Below, piece after piece: positions 39,957 to 53,441 of a stretch of DNA of 64,000 bases. The stretch covers positions 1-64,000 of the forward strand of contig JYFJ02000840.1 in the NCBI GenBank assembly GCA_000934665.2. The letters are read 5' to 3'. Every line of letters begins with the position of its first letter. The first letter of the stretch is position 1. The stretch is from Catajapyx aquilonaris (taxonomy: Eukaryota). Made by a program: the position numbers and the translations under genes. The notes under the pieces were generated by a model, which was given only the letters and a program-made list of their open reading frames with translations, did not search any database and was not told the DNA's origin.

Positions 39957-42659
39957 CTGCAAGAGGTATACGTCCGACCCTTTCGGAACATTTTCTCCAA
40001 CCACATGCTAGGACACACTACCCTCTCATACATACATTTCGTCAACCCAAATAATTTTTGCAAAGAGTCAGGAAATTGCAAAAAAAAAAGCCTCAGGAGC
40101 GAGGTGATTAATTTCCGCAACGAAGCATTTTGGGGCAATTTTGGTCTTTTCCGGCCTAAATAGAAGAGGCGAGTGAAGGATGTATGGAATGTAAAATCAC
40201 TCAAGGTTTTTGCAGGGCGAAAACTAAAGGGGGTTAACGGTTTTCAACTGCATGCCGTTTGTTTATTGATCGGTTGGGGCCAACTGTTTATGGCTGTCTC
40301 CCACATTAATTAGCAGCCGAAACGGCTACGGACAGGGGAATTTTGAAAAGGTCATGAAGATGCATGCGCAGTGGTCAGCAGGAGCAGCAGAATATGCTCT
40401 CGGCAGTGCCTGCTCACTCAACTTGCTGCATACGTCATCTTAATGAGTTGCTACGAAGATCTGTCAGCAGCCAAGACCAGCTAACAAGCGACACGGTAAA
40501 ACTAGTGTTATTAATGCTACCTTACATTCGAGCAAAAAAAGGGCATTATTCTTCATGAGAGTATACCGCAATTTTTGGTTTTTACATATGTTACAAAAAA
40601 AAATGTTGCGCACTTACCGAACCTACATTAGGAGACTTAAATTACCGAAGTTCAAAGAATTTTCTTGCTGTTTTAAAACCGTTTTTCACCAAAAACTAGG
40701 CTAAAGCATCCCTTGTGCAAACTCTTTTTCCCATTAGACTACTAATAACTTGCTACACTTTAGGCCTCGAGGGCGATTATTTTGGCTCAAAATATGCGCG
40801 CAGTTTAGCTAACTATAAAAAGTGGTTTGGAATCATTTCCTTTGCACAACTGCCTACTTTTCTACTGTAAGTAGAGCATGGTATATTTCCCGACCTCCAG
40901 AGATTAATATTAATTGGCCGTTCAAATGAGCTCCACTTAATCATGCTGGGACAAAAGCCCATGCACAATGGATGCTCACGTCTCACTTCACAGTTTTATG
41001 ATAATAGACTATTTGTAATTCTTTTGAAAATGTTAAAATCCTACATTTGCCATTAGTGCTTGAGTACTTCGCTGAAAAAGCCTATTTTACACCCCATGAG
41101 CCTCAACTTCAGCCTATACAGGGTTAAAACTTAAAAGAGATAGCCTGACTTATCGTCAAATATTAGTCTTCACTGACAGTGCCGATTTAAAATTAATGCA
41201 GCTGCAATTATCCAAATAGGGTGTTTACGTACCGGTACTTCTGTCGCAATTTTTGTAAGCGCATTCTACGCTAACATACAAAAATGCTGCCGTCCATATG
41301 TATTGAAACTTTTTTGTATTCCTGAGGTGTAGAACATGTCAGGTTTCTGACAAAGGAACGGAAACACCCACATTCGGACCAGAGAAACATGAGTTCAGCT
41401 AGTTAATTTGAGTCCCAAATAGCGACTCATACCAGGCCAAGTAATTTCTTACCACATCAAAGTCTTGCTGTTTAGAAACCAAAATGGTTAAGCTCGGTTG
41501 AAGCTCTAGAAACACAGACCTCTCAGTAGTTGTCACACGCAAGACGGTGAACTTCGCAAATGGCGAGCCACAAGATTAATTCAAATTTGCGGCCAGAATC
41601 ACACACTCGGAATTTGCTCCAGATCCCAAACCCACGACGTCAGCACACAGTCTTCATGAGAATCACCTCCTTATTCCCTTGAATACGATGCCCTTAAAAA
41701 GGGTCTGTCTGCCATAAAAGGCTTGGAAGGTACGGTATTCAACATGTGTGCTGCCGCCGAAAGTTCGCAAAGGGGACACTTGAGGGCAGACATTTCGGGG
41801 TCTTTTAGATTCTGAAGGCAATCGAGAAGAAAGAAGCGGCGGGAAAAGCCTCGAATGAACGTTCCGGACATACCTCAGGCCAAAGGGAACTCCATTCCCA
41901 CGATGCAATTTGGCCTTCCTAAATCATAATGGTGTGCCCGGGAGAGAGGACTATACATAAATATAGACACAGCGATGTGAGTTGGTAAGGAAGGAAGGAA
42001 AGCAGGGTGAGGGCCTGCTATTATGGCCTCGCAAGAGCGGCTTCGGACACTGGAAGAATGTCCTAATAACAAAGTTGAAGCAGCTATCTGGACTTTGCCC
42101 TGGGCCTATCTAAAGCTAGGTGCGAAAATAGTTTGGTGCCATTCGGGGCATTGAAGGCGAGAGGAACTTCCGACAAACCCGCATAGTTTCCGACTTGTGC
42201 AAATGTCAGACACCACACTTGAAACTGACCTACTTACAGTGTAAACGCTCATAATATTGTTTGATTGATTTTCAGGAGGGCGACAAAGTGTTAGGTCTCC
42301 AAAATGGCTGTAAAGTGGGACGGATTAGATGAAAAGTAGCCCAGGACGGAAACTCGGCCAGTCATTCATTCTCAGACCGTCATCCCGGGAAAAAAAAGTA
42401 ATGCGGGTACTTTCCTGAACCAGAAGGTACAGGGCGAACCAGAATCTGAGATGGATAAAGTCTAGGTCGCTGCTTAAAGCCAATGGACAGACAGGCCATC
42501 CTTCTTCATCACCACCCGATTATCGTACCCGTCTATCTTATAGCCCTGTCCTCCACTGGGATTTGGAGGATGATAGTCTGTAGTCACGTAGTACATTCCA
42601 CTTAAACTGTTAGACCGAGTTAACGAATATGGTAAGTTTTCTCCAGTGGATTGTCTTAC

Positions 42660-42839
42660 CATAGACTCCAGCCAGTTTGATGCAGGCCGTGGCTGGAAAG
42701 AGTCCATTACGACCCTTCCGGCCACCCATGCATGGCGACTCCAAAATGGTCGCAGAGTAGTTGTTGTGAAAAGGATCTTCGCAAGCAGGATTGTCTCCAT
42801 TGATAGACACACACTTGAAGCAGTCGATAAATCCACTGC
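42660..42839 (-). CDS. Ly6/uPAR protein, coding exon 2
   Basis: Acceptor ctctttccag|, donor G|gtaaga, 180 nt, phase 1-1. Encodes SGFIDCFKCVSINGDNPACEDPFHNNYSATILESPCMGGRKGRNGLFPATACIKLAGVY (CxxC start of the LU domain). The spliced 172-aa product has 10 LU-domain cysteines. Confidence 0.92.
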
Positions 42840-45800
42840 CTGGAAAGAGTCAAGAGTACATGAAACGCCCATTTTCTTCCCTCTCCATGTTATTCCAAGA
42901 TTTTTGCGGGCCCAGAGCGGACCATCGGCGACACACTTTCGCCATTTGTGTACATGCAGGAGAAAAAACTGCTTAATCTTGCGAATCAACAGGTTTCGTC
43001 CCCATCGATTGGGCCTTGAAAGCTGCACGGCAGTCAAGTTTTGTGCCAAGCTAGTCTACAAGAAAAATCTCGACCTAGTTTGGCACGCCCCTCCAGTGCA
43101 AGCCAGGCTTCTTTCAAGCACTCGTAAAACCCAAGTTTGGATGCGTGTTTCCTCAAGACGGAAACTTTTGGACATCCGTAATAGCCAAACTAGTCTCTCA
43201 ATCTAGTCTCCAAAGTGAATTTACAAACGGCCAGCACTAGACGAAAGGAGGTGTCTGACAAGCAGCTGCCTTGCCAGAAATATTACGAATTTCAAAGGTG
43301 TATGTGCTGGGTTACCATTTTACGAGCAATTGAGGCAACCTTGGAGTCAAATATTCCCATGCTCCTCTCATTAACTCCACTTAATGGCTTTTGGAGATGG
43401 ACTGTCGTACGAGTGCATCCGACGTGAATGGTGTCCTCTAATGAGCTTATTCTGTTGACTGCGCACTAAAACTCTCGCTGGGACTGACGAAGAGGATCCC
43501 CGCCTTGAAACATGAACCACATTTAGGCCACATTCATTTTGGGCTGCCCGGGCCTATCTGTGGATAAGTCGGAGCCTGTTAGCATGCCCGTCACCTCGAT
43601 CACTCACCCAACTATGGAGTCAACGACGTATCGTTTTTCCCCGGCTGAACGAGCCGGAGAGTGACATGAGGCCAATGTTACTGTTTTTTTTATATAAAAA
43701 AAATAGTGCACATGCTTTTTTTCACGCCGGTATTTCACCAAATGGACATTTTTTGCTGGTATCGGAATCTCCACTGACGTCATCAGGGATTTCATCCAAT
43801 CTAGCTAAAAGCTGGAGGTGAGGTAGTGCGCGGACAATCCCAGAGGGCGGTTTATATGACAGTGTGTCAGGAACTTGATCTCCTGGTTTTATCCAAAAAA
43901 TGGATGAAGACGGTCTCTGGAAATCCTGGGGCATATTGTTCATGAACTGAAACTTTCAAATGATTTTATCACGGAATTTAGTCGCCCCCTTTTTAATTAC
44001 AAAAGTCCGGTTAGATATGAAAACAGGGTTCCAGAGTTATCTCTGGTATACAATGAAATGTGGTGTAACCCGTGAGGATGTCAGCTGTCGATTCCGGTGT
44101 GCAGTGTGGAATGGGCCGAAGTACTCATGTGTGGGCAAAAAATGGCCCGATTATTCTGTCGTGCTTGTCGAGCAAAAATTTTGGTTCTGGTTTTTAAAAA
44201 CACATTGACATAACTTGTAGACTATAGGTGATGTTATGTATTAGTATATGTTATAGTCAGTACAAACTGCCAATTTTTGAAAGCTAACCCTCTATAACAA
44301 GTTAAGCTTTTTGTTTTTGATATTTATGCGGCATTTATTTATTGTGAGGCTGCACAATATTTCCATAAATGTATCTATACTGCAGAACTTCCTTTCACTG
44401 TTTGGAAATTTGCCGCCGAGTGCACCATTTGTGCGGGACTGATTGTATATTATTCCATATTTACGAAGACAACGTATTACAATTACGTTCATTACGTGTA
44501 ATCCATCAATACTGTAGTGTACCTATTTAGATGAACATAATTGAACGAAAACCCATACATTAACAAACCTAGCCTGGTTTGTATGCGAGTATGTCACGCA
44601 TATAGATGACTTGCTATTGTAGCACTAAAAGAATATTTTAATGTCAAAAACAGTCAAAATGACACAACTTTTCTACACAACCTTGCAGCAGTTCTTGACA
44701 GCCATCATGACAAAAACCGACATGCAGAGGCAGGACTTTTTCTACAAGCCACATGAAGGTCCCTGTGGCAACAATATGACCACTGACCAGTCCTGTGGAG
44801 AGACGTGCAGTTGCGTGGGAGGCACATCACTGAAACGGGCAGCAGTAATGGTCAGCTATACTGTGTTTTTAACCTTTCTTCATGGGTTAAATTATTATCT
44901 TCAAAATTAATGACGCTAGAGGTTCCACTATTTGAAGCCTCTGAGATCACAAAAGGCGATTATGAAAAAAAGGGGGGCGAGAAAGCTTTTGGTAAAGTCA
45001 ATCCTGACAATTCAAAAAAAAATGCAATTTTCAGAGCCCATTTTTAAGCTTATGGAAGCAACTTTTGCTGTAACTTCGGGTCTTTTTGGGCGTCTAAAGA
45101 TTGAGAAAATGTGATCCCGTGTCAAACTCATTTCTTTTGGAAAATTGGATTTGTTGGCTGGCAGTTACAAGCAGTAATTTATATGGTGTCTATTTTTACT
45201 GCAGTAGTAGCGTTGATATCTGCAAGTTTGCGTCAAGTTCCAATATTATTATGTGTCTGTCTCATAATTTGTCGCAAAAATAAGTGTAAATACTATAAAA
45301 GTTATACTTTTTAAGTTTAACTATTTATTGATCTACAGAAAATTTAACTCAACAGGGACTGCTCCGTTAAGCCCTTCAATCGAACATCGCACCATTTAAT
45401 AAAGCGCTACCATCCTGTCGTCAAAAGCAAAGGCAGTACGAAACAGATAGATAGTGAAAGTTGGAAAAGGTCAAAGCTGCCCAGTGCAACAGCACTTCCT
45501 CGGCGCGATAGCTTTCACACGTGCGAATATCTACTCGCATTTAGCGTTAGGGTCAATTTCCTCCACCTTTTTTGCCCATCTCTTTTTTTTCTCTTTTCAC
45601 CCCCTCTAACATTATGCTAGAGCTAGTAAAACATCACATCAGGGGCAGTTACTCGCTCGCAAGTGATTCATTATTCAAGTACAGTACAGCGTGAGTAAGG
45701 CCGTCTACAGTTAATGGCTGTCCTTTCATCTCGCCATGACTCCAATGCAATGTATCCTCCCAATTGCCCATAGCTTTAGGGAGTTGGGAAGGATATAGTG

Positions 45801-47234
45801 TACTAATAGCGCAAATGCGTGTAAAAGCACTATCGGCATGGACCCAACATTATTTGGCAATATATTATGTCTTCATTTTTTTTCCGAAAATACATTCTGA
45901 TACATTGTTGTTCTTTCATCCATCAATGCAAACATGAATCTGCAATGAAAACAGTTCGACAAACACAGACTGTAACAAAATAATATTTTCGTTCGGTAGT
46001 TTGCAATGAGGAGAGACTCTGTAGGGGTCCTCCGAGACACCGTATTGTGTTTTGTTTGCCGACAACTCACAAAGGACAGTTATCTCAATCAATGGGGACT
46101 CTAAGTGGAGGCTAGAGGGTGAAGGTAGGCAATGTTTACATTTCGTTATGGCAGAAATTGGATTTTCATTAGAGTGTCTTCCTCCGGGAAATCAGCGGGA
46201 AATGAAAAGGGGAATTGGGGAGGCTTGGGAGGAGGGAGGGTGTTCCTTTTAACTCTATCTACCTGTCGCCGTCTCAACTAACTTCTCAGACTACAGTTTC
46301 TAGCAATTAGACTCTCCAAAGGCTCTTTGCGCAACTAACAAGAGACGTTTTTTTGTCTTTCCTTCCCGGCTGTGAAACAAAAGGTAGCGCAATCTCCGCT
46401 GCCTCCGGAGCGCTTCCGGAACTCCAGGATGGCAAAGAAAGGAAGGAAGGAAGAAACGTGTCTCCAAATTACGGTTTACGCCTTTACTTTGGACGTCCAG
46501 CTATTACTACGGACACAAGGAAGAAAATATTTGGACAGGATGAAAAATGATGCTATTTTTTCCAACATGGCGTCTTTCTCGCCAAGTCTGCTGCAGATAA
46601 GATAGCAACCGGGTGACACGATAGTCACTTCAGCACAACCAATATTTGAACCGCGTTGTCCTTGACGAACGACGGTGAAGAGGATGTACGAGTCTATATT
46701 GCGGGTAGGATGAAGGCTGAGGTGAGATGAAAGCTAACGCGAGCTTAACGCAATTACTATGTGAGACCACCGAGATGTCAGGATGAATAATTCTAGCTAC
46801 GTCAGAGGCGGCTTCTTATTCAGTGCATGTATACTGCCGGTAACAAGGTTATCAACAATACATGGCATACAAAGAGCTCGAGTCGTAAGAATGTTATAAT
46901 TTATTTGGCCCCTGTAGTTTTCGGTTTCCACAATTAATAGCAAAGAATGGAAGGCAGAAGATGTAGCTGCTGCTGGTGACGTCAATTGCTTCAGCTGACA
47001 TTTCGACGTCACATTTTAATATCTGGAACAGCCCGAAGCCGATGTTCCCTCTCCCGCCCCTCCACACTTGCCTTCTTCTGACTTTTACGGTACAAACGTC
47101 TCTTTGAGAGCTGGGCAAATATTTGTACTCTAGTGGAAAGTATTGCGCAGCTTTTGGTACTTCGCTTATCTACTAGCGGGCAATTTTTTTCAAAGGAAAG
47201 GGAAATTGGCAACATAGATAAAGAGAAATCTCAC

Positions 47235-47322
47235 CTTCATTGAGGCACAGGGTCAGGAGTAGAAATATTATCGGCTGGATGCTGTAGCAGCACCTCCACA
47301 TAATTCTCGTCTTTGGTCCCAT
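47235..47322 (-). CDS. Ly6/uPAR protein, coding exon 1 (signal peptide)
   Basis: Acceptor ttttcag| 7 nt before the ATG implies an upstream non-coding exon. Encodes MGPKTRIMWRCCYSIQPIIFLLLTLCLNE(G). The phase-1 donor G|gtgaga matches exon 2. Confidence 0.72.
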
Positions 47323-47345
47323 AGGTCACCTGAAAATAATCATCG

Positions 47346-47423
47346 GTTAATCGCCATACCCTTCACTACTATTAACGATACTAGCCGCAGGCGTTAATAG
47401 TAGTGAAAAGTATCACGAAGAAC
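47346..47423 (-). ncRNA. Candidate intronic miRNA-like hairpin
   Basis: On the minus (transcribed) strand: an unbroken 22-bp stem including 2 G-U pairs, a 14-nt loop and an imperfect 10-nt lower stem. The hairpin is certain; its function is not. Confidence 0.3.
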
Positions 47424-50400
47424 AACACTAATTATTCAACATGAAACATTCACCAGTAGACATGTAATCTTACAATAATGAATGTTCACACTGGCGTAAA
47501 CCACATTTTAACTTTTACCCCGAGTTTCATTTGAACCCATTACAAGTTTTCAGCTCCATGTTACGGGCGAATACTTCGTAAACGTACGGTAAGCTGCCTA
47601 TTATGTTAATGTTGTTAAATTATTACCCGAACAATATGCATTAACTGGTAATGACGCATAACGTGCAGTACTACTAGCAAAAACTGCAAATAATAGAGAG
47701 GCTTACATCCACCTCAGTTACAGTACACATTTGTAAAAACAAATCCCACTTAAATTACTGCCCATGAATGCATCCTCAACATGCAGTGCAGGCCCATACT
47801 GTAGGTGTGTCTGTGACAAGTAGGCTGTGAGGGCGTGGCAGGCGGGACTCTAAATATGGACAATACACAGAGGAAACTGTTTGTGAAGCATCGCAGGTAT
47901 TGGAAAAGGACACTTGAGCGGTAGCTGCAGGTCGCTCAAGGCTGATGCCATCATGTCTGTATCCATTCCCTAGCAGAGTTTGTAATTAGTTGGCCGGCAA
48001 GGGATGGAACCCATCAAAGCTTCTTCACTATTATTCCGCTGTTCGACTCAAAAGCAGAGTCTGCGCTCAACCTAAATTAGGTTGAGCATTTTTGTTCCAG
48101 AACGCAGCCTTCTTGTCGCCAACACACAAATGATCATGCGGCTTTCCTTCCGAAAGAAAGGACCAGCAGGCTCTAATGCATTCTGCCGCCCCAGGATACT
48201 ACAGACACTGTATTGCACCAAAGTCAGCAAAAAGTCAGCACATGTATAGTAAACGAGTGACTTTCCAAAAAGACTGCAGCATTTTTGCACGAACCAAACA
48301 TGGGTTTGCTTTGCGCCTAGATTTTGCTAACTTAGTTTGAGCCACAAACTAGTTTCCGTAATCGTCTGATAGCGTGATATAGATTGGTAATTTTATGTAA
48401 TAAGGTGATTCCTGTGACCGGACGTGTTTGATTTTCATTGGGCAATTTTGGTCACATGCAGGTAAAGGCTGAGTCAAATCAGGCGCACCATGTAAACAGT
48501 GGTTTTTTTAAAACCTATAAAGCGAGCTCTCAAAGCAGCTATAAAATCCAAGAACTAAATCATTCATAACAAGATATTTTAAGGTTTACGAGCCTTTTAA
48601 GTAAACTCAAGTTATGTTTAGCACTATTGGAGCAGAAGCCAGAAGGCCCATGTGGGCAAATGTGAAAGTCAGGTTTTAGTCGTGGTCTGATCCAATGATG
48701 GTGCAAAGGCTTTTTCCAGGTCCATTTCCGAGGCAGCAACCCTGTTGCCTTTCCAACGTGACATGAACAGAGATAAGTCAAGAGTAGGGGATGACTTCTC
48801 GTCATGCCGTTGAGAGCAGCACTCTTTGGATTTTACACCACATGCTTTTCCGCCAGTTTAAGCTCAGTGCAAGCTTCCGCTTTTCTTCTTCAAGCTTTTC
48901 CCCAATAACCCCCCACAGACTTTTACTCCAGCAGTTCAGCCTCTTTCTACGTGGACCGAATAGCACTTCATTTCTCCTTCACTACTATTCCCAATGCATC
49001 AATGCTGCGCCTGTATTGTGATTCATATCTTTACCTATAGTCAGATTTGCGAAATGTGTCAGATACTAATATTGTAGAAGAAGCGTGTAAAAAAATGTCG
49101 CAGAAGCTGGAACCAGGAGGTGATTGGGGTGAAAGAAGCCGTTCTATTATAAATTAAATGCCCTGAGGATAGCAATGCAGCAAAAAAAAGGTGGCGACAG
49201 GCGAAAAATCAAAGGGCAAAAAAAACGCGGAATCCTTAGGGAGGGCTTCTGCAGGGAGTGAATTATTTAAACATTTCCGGGATTGGAAGCACTTCCGTCG
49301 AGGGAACTTGGTGTGAATTCTTATGGGCTCATTTGCGGGTTTTTTTTGCTCTCTTCCATCACTTTCTCCATAGGCAATCATTTTCTCTGTGACCTTTAAT
49401 GTGAGTTGGTCAATATTTATAGCGAAAGGTGATCTTATCCGGAGATTTCGTCTAACTGCTATGTTTAGGTATATGTAAGCAAAATGAAATTTTACACGCA
49501 CAAAAACCCTCGGTAGTAATTTTGAATAATGCAGCACTAGTATGGCCCAAGTTGTAGGAGGCGGAATTTAAAGCCATAGTAAGAACTAAAATTATTCAAT
49601 ATGTCCGAGACATTTCTCTCATAGTATGATGATCTTGACCCGCATGTGCGACAATGGACACTTGCCAAAGAGTTTTCTCCCGTATTGATTCCCCGTCCAT
49701 TTAACAGTAAAATGTGCCAAGGCTCCTTTCCAGAGCAACATATTTTAGAGGTCAACTACAGCTAGGGCGCTATTTTTCCCTCTCCAAACTGCTTTCCGAC
49801 GAAACTGGCGCACTCGTTTAGTGTGGCAGAATTATTGGTCGGTATATTCATCCAATGCCTGGTTTACACACGATGAAATATCCATGCTGAAAGTGGGAAA
49901 ATGCTATTAAACAGCCTCTTCAGAATTTTTAAAGGTTCGTATGTCAACCACGATAATTATTTAAACAGTACGTATTGTACAATTGACCTACTCTGGTATA
50001 TAATACATTCTGAGACCTCAATATGTTAACCATTACTCGTATATGCTATTTAAATCATGCCAGTTCTGTTAATATTGTGCTGGATGGCTACCTGGTTAAT
50101 ACTGCAATATTTCAGATTGCAATGTCCACGTTAAATTATAAAAAGTAACTTTGGGGAAAAGGCAATTTCAATGTGTCAAAGCCAGAATATACACGTTCAA
50201 TATCCAATACATACTGTATTTCAGCAAATCCCTGAGGTAATTTTCAGTGGGCATCACACGTATTCTGTGCGTGGAATTCTCAAACGCAATTTTTTGGACT
50301 GTTTGTGACACTGACAACACAGAAGTTTGGCCCTGGGGCTCTTGAATAAGCCAAAGGATGAAACATTTTCATCTCCCTCATCCCAATAAATATTGGGGAA

Positions 50401-53400
50401 AAATGAAGCAATTGAAAATGCACATAGGCGTCAAACTAATATCCCCGGGTATATTCCAGCGATACAGAGTAACATGGCTGCAAAGCCAAATTTTTCCCGC
50501 CACAAATTGCTTTCCCGTATGAAAAACCACATTCGGTCGAAATACTGCCAAAATAAGTTAAGCAGAAACAGTGTCATCTGCAGAGAAAAAATCATACCAT
50601 GTAAAAAAACAAGACTCCGTGATTGAAATCTGCTAATCTGCATTTTCAGATTTGTAAATTGGCAACTGAAAACCGCTGACGACGTTCGATTTCTGTGCTA
50701 ATATTAGCCTAACATGGTGCCTGTCTGGAATTCCCACCCAGTTGCCATTCGCATTAATTCCACCGTTTAGCACAAATTCAACCACCCGATCGCCATCGGA
50801 AGGCCTCGTAATTCATCCGAGAGCTGCATATGCTGCAATATCAAGTGACAGCAACTGACCCGATACTGGAAGTCATCCAACATCTTGGGCTCTAGCAAGT
50901 ATCGAGTAAATCCAGCAAGAAAATGCTGATCCTTCTCCAGTTTCAGTAAAGGTTGAAGGGTGTAGGCCAGTAGGTCGAGTTGTCCTCTGGAGCGGAAAAT
51001 GTGATACAAGCAGCCACCAGCAAACGCCCTTCTCATTAGCATCACAAAGCTGCAATAAAGCCTCCCCAAGTTCTTTGCTACATGGAGCCAAGTCCCTTCT
51101 CTCACTTGCCTTTTCCGATTGTGTTTGACTTTGACGCCAACCAGGTCACGCCCTTGGAAATAACTCCCAGCATCTAATTATAGCTACTCTAGAAATTAAT
51201 CTCAGCGAATCTGCAATACCCCTGTTGTTCTACTGTACCATGTTCAAGCCAACTAGAGATGCTGGTTACATGCTCCACACGTTCACTCAATACGATAAGA
51301 TTCAGAAGACAAATGTTGGGCAGTTGGAGAAAATGGACCTCGGCCTAGGTCCATCTGCCGTTACGAATCCTCGTCTTCTGGATTTGACATCTACTGACCT
51401 TAATCTGTGTCTCTCTTGCTCTTTTTCTACTTTTTTTCTCCAGTTGTGGACCACCTCGTAAATCCTTTGCTCTTTGTCACTGACTCGGACCTCTGCTGCC
51501 TTTCCCGAGGCTTATACAACAAAAAGACCGATCATGTAGCTAGTGCCACAACCAATTATCTTCTGTCTCCCCAAACACAAGATTTATGGCTCATCTCTTT
51601 ATTGCGCAACACGGTCCAATACCGTTGTACTACACCCGACAATAAAGTGTGACAGAATAGATTAATCAAATTTGCATGGTCAGAAGGCCATGGGGCTAGC
51701 CAAGCTTATGCCTTTTGATCCTCTCCAGTACTCCCTGTACTTTGCAAGTTTGACCTTTTTTCAAATATGTTCCAAAGTGAACGATACAGGACGAAGGATT
51801 CATTGGGTGACCCTGTACACAGGCGCAATTTCAGTCTTAACACGATTATCAGCATATTGCCAAAAGTTACTATTTATATACGGTGTAATGAACCTGACGT
51901 TTATATTTAAATTAGCTCTGGTTTGACACGCTGCAATGAACAAAATTCGATTTAGTGCAGTCGTGTAAAAATATCGATCCGTCCACATTAATGGAGCCAT
52001 ATCGATGAAATGTCATTAAAATTTCAATCCGCGAGAGTTGGTCGACAACATCGCGACACAGTTTTGGACTCGCTCCGGGAAGCGTAAAAGTGTTCCAGAA
52101 CTGGAATACTGCGGCAGATAACTTTTGTCGACAGAAAAAAAAATGACAAAGTACAGAGGGAGGGGGGGCAGGGGAGGTGGTGAAGGCAATGTGCCAAATT
52201 TTTTTCATTGCGTTTCCTCTCCTTTGTAAGAATACAAGCTACGTAGTTTGTGGAAAAGCGCAATCCTGAATGTCCCCAATTCCTTAGCTAATCCTACGTG
52301 GCTAAAAACTGCTGTAAAATGGCACAAATAAGGCATCATTAGGGGGCTGTACATGGCACGTTATGATATCCCTTTCTTGGAGTTGCAAGGAAGTTACAAC
52401 GTTCTGGGTATAAATATGCGAATTTGCAGACCTTGCCGCAGGGGAATAAATAATGAAGTCGATAATGCCCAGCTGCGGGATAAGTTAATGCCCATGTTTT
52501 TTTATTGGTAAAGTAAGTCTTTGACGTAACTCGAAATCACATGGGTCTGATGTAATGGCGAGGCAGGCTGACAAGTGCATGCGAATAGTTAAGGATAACT
52601 ATATTCAGTATTAAGATGCTACTCACTCTAAAGAGTAAGATGCACTCTCAGTAATTTATGCGCATTGTGAGCACAAAAATAATCTCAGGTTTGAAAATTG
52701 GCCATTACTGCACCGGACCACTCCAATTTTTTTTTTTTGCCTTTCGTGAGAGAATGGATGCAGTCGGCGTGGAAATCGAGGGGCTGTCTACCGAACAATA
52801 AAACCAGATGTCCTTATTCAACGTGTGAAAAGCAAAAATGGTCACGAATTCACTCATGTTTCTTCCCCAGAAATTTCCACAAAAGAAGTGATATTAAATA
52901 AGTCGATATAATTATCAGCAATAAAATATATGGAAATATGTCATAGAATATGCAAAAAACGGCATATCTGAAGCAAATGAAGCAGTTACCACCCACCCTG
53001 TTTATGAAGACTGACTTTTTTGCAACATGTTTATTTAAGCAAGAAATAATGTCAATGTATTTGTGCCCCGTTTTCAGTTTATTTTGTTTACAAATAGTAT
53101 GTGAAATTATGTGAAAAGTGAATATACATTAACCTATTTAAGATATCTTATTCAATGTTGGATAATATGAATAATAAAATACCATTCAAAACGTGACAAT
53201 GTGGAAGTATCGACAGGGATATTTATCAATATTTCACACCAACAACACGATAAATAAAGAAGCGTATCGCTACGCTGCAAAATCGATAATTTGATTACAG
53301 GCATAAAATGACAGTAACACGGACTGGTTGAAAATTTTGGGTGTCGCCCTGCTTATGGGAGATAGAACGGTTATCACTCGTCCTCGTTAAAAAGCATGTT

Positions 53401-53441
53401 ATGGGGGGCGCCATTTGAAATGTCCGAAGAAATTATTAGTT

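Noticed and set aside
41663..41908. Minus-strand RYVRNV resembling the start of Ly6 exon 4, with an intron-like GTATGT...TTCAG nearby
   Set aside because: No cysteine pattern follows, it lies upstream of exon 3 in transcript order, and the flanking frames give no convincing protein.
42474..43206. 191-aa minus-strand and 186-aa plus-strand ORFs
   Set aside because: Alternative-frame and antisense shadows over the real Ly6 exon 2; no motifs of their own.
43484..43545. Hammerhead-like CTGACGA...GAAA spacing
   Set aside because: Stem I cannot form next to the core and the pair closing stem III before the cleavage triplet is missing.
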